A stretch of DNA of 64,000 nucleotides, taken from Phoronis australis (taxonomy: Eukaryota > Animalia > Phoronida). Both the position numbers and the translations under genes were made by a program. Position 1 is the first letter of the stretch. Each line of letters begins with the position of its first letter. Below the pieces are notes generated by a model. The model worked only from the letters and a program-made list of their open reading frames with translations. It had not been told where the DNA came from and made no database searches. Where the stretch lies: NCBI GenBank assembly GCA_002633005.1, contig NMRA01000382.1, forward strand, positions 62,001 to 126,000. Direction: 5' to 3'. Below, piece by piece: positions 63,599 to 64,000 of this stretch.

Positions 63599-63951
63599 AA
63601 AATCTCTTGGTCTATTTACGCCCACCTCTAGTCTAATTACACCGTCACGACGTTTCGTTCTGTCTATTCTCACAACATCGTCAGCTGTTCCCGCGTTCTT
63701 AGAAGAAGGACTTCGTGGTGTAGTACATGTAGTTAAGGTGCTGGACTCGAATTATCTGTAGTTTCAGAAGTCGTGGGTTCAAACGTGCCTAGGACGAAAA
63801 ATCACACCTTGAGTGTACCATACAGTATGTATATCCGTGTTCGTTCTTCAAAGAACGTGGGAACACCTGAAGATGACCGGATAATAGACCGACCGAAACG
63901 TTGTGGCAGTGTAAATAGGCTACAGGTCTGTGTGAATAGACCGAGAGATTT
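63599..63951. mobile_element. Inverted pair of Penelope pLTR-like segments (63599-63710, 63841-63951) around a tRNA-like spacer
   Basis: Arms are diverged reverse complements (aaatctcttggtctattt...gttcttagaagaagga vs tcgttcttcaaagaac...aatagaccgagagattt). The spacer contains gtggtgtagt...gtcgtgggttcaaac. Confidence 0.7.
63864..63905 (+). ncRNA. Minimal type-I hammerhead ribozyme-like motif (PLE type); mirror copy at 63646-63687 on the minus strand
   Basis: cac-CTGAAGA-tgaccggataatagaccgacc-GAAAC-GTT-gtg; mirror cag-CTGACGA-...-GAAAC-GTC-gtg. Core boxes, palindromic ACGT stem III and a short stem I are present; stem II is degenerate. Confidence 0.55.
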
Positions 63952-64000
63952 GCATAACTGTTGTAGAAGATAAATGTATGAGCACTAGCGTCGTTTTAAA

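Overview
AT-rich, repeat-dense eukaryotic genomic DNA. The transposon repertoire suggests a marine invertebrate such as a mollusc, but taxon cannot be fixed from sequence alone. The only intact host coding signal is four widely spaced + strand exons (12900-13172, 22655-22936, 33028-33309, 60272-60553). Each encodes one complete six-cysteine kringle domain with canonical AG/GT sites in symmetric phase 1-1. K2-K4 are 282-bp duplicates whose amino-acid changes cluster in the ligand-binding loops. The rest of the window is nested, mostly decayed mobile DNA. This includes a non-autonomous Helentron (HINE) carrying an internally deleted Kolobok (TTAA TSD, 158-bp TIRs, THAP transposase and KolX/P2X7-ballast-like remnants), a Harbinger derivative, and AAAACTTAAGTTTT-array elements. 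It also includes a cluster of ~4.4-kb CACAG-terminated elements that carry a dead Tc1/mariner fragment and form a giant inverted repeat, RTEX and CR1/L2-type LINE relics, Penelope pieces with hammerhead-like motifs, MITEs, tRNA-derived heads and kb-scale tandem duplications. All family assignments are by eye and motif recall; no database searches were run.
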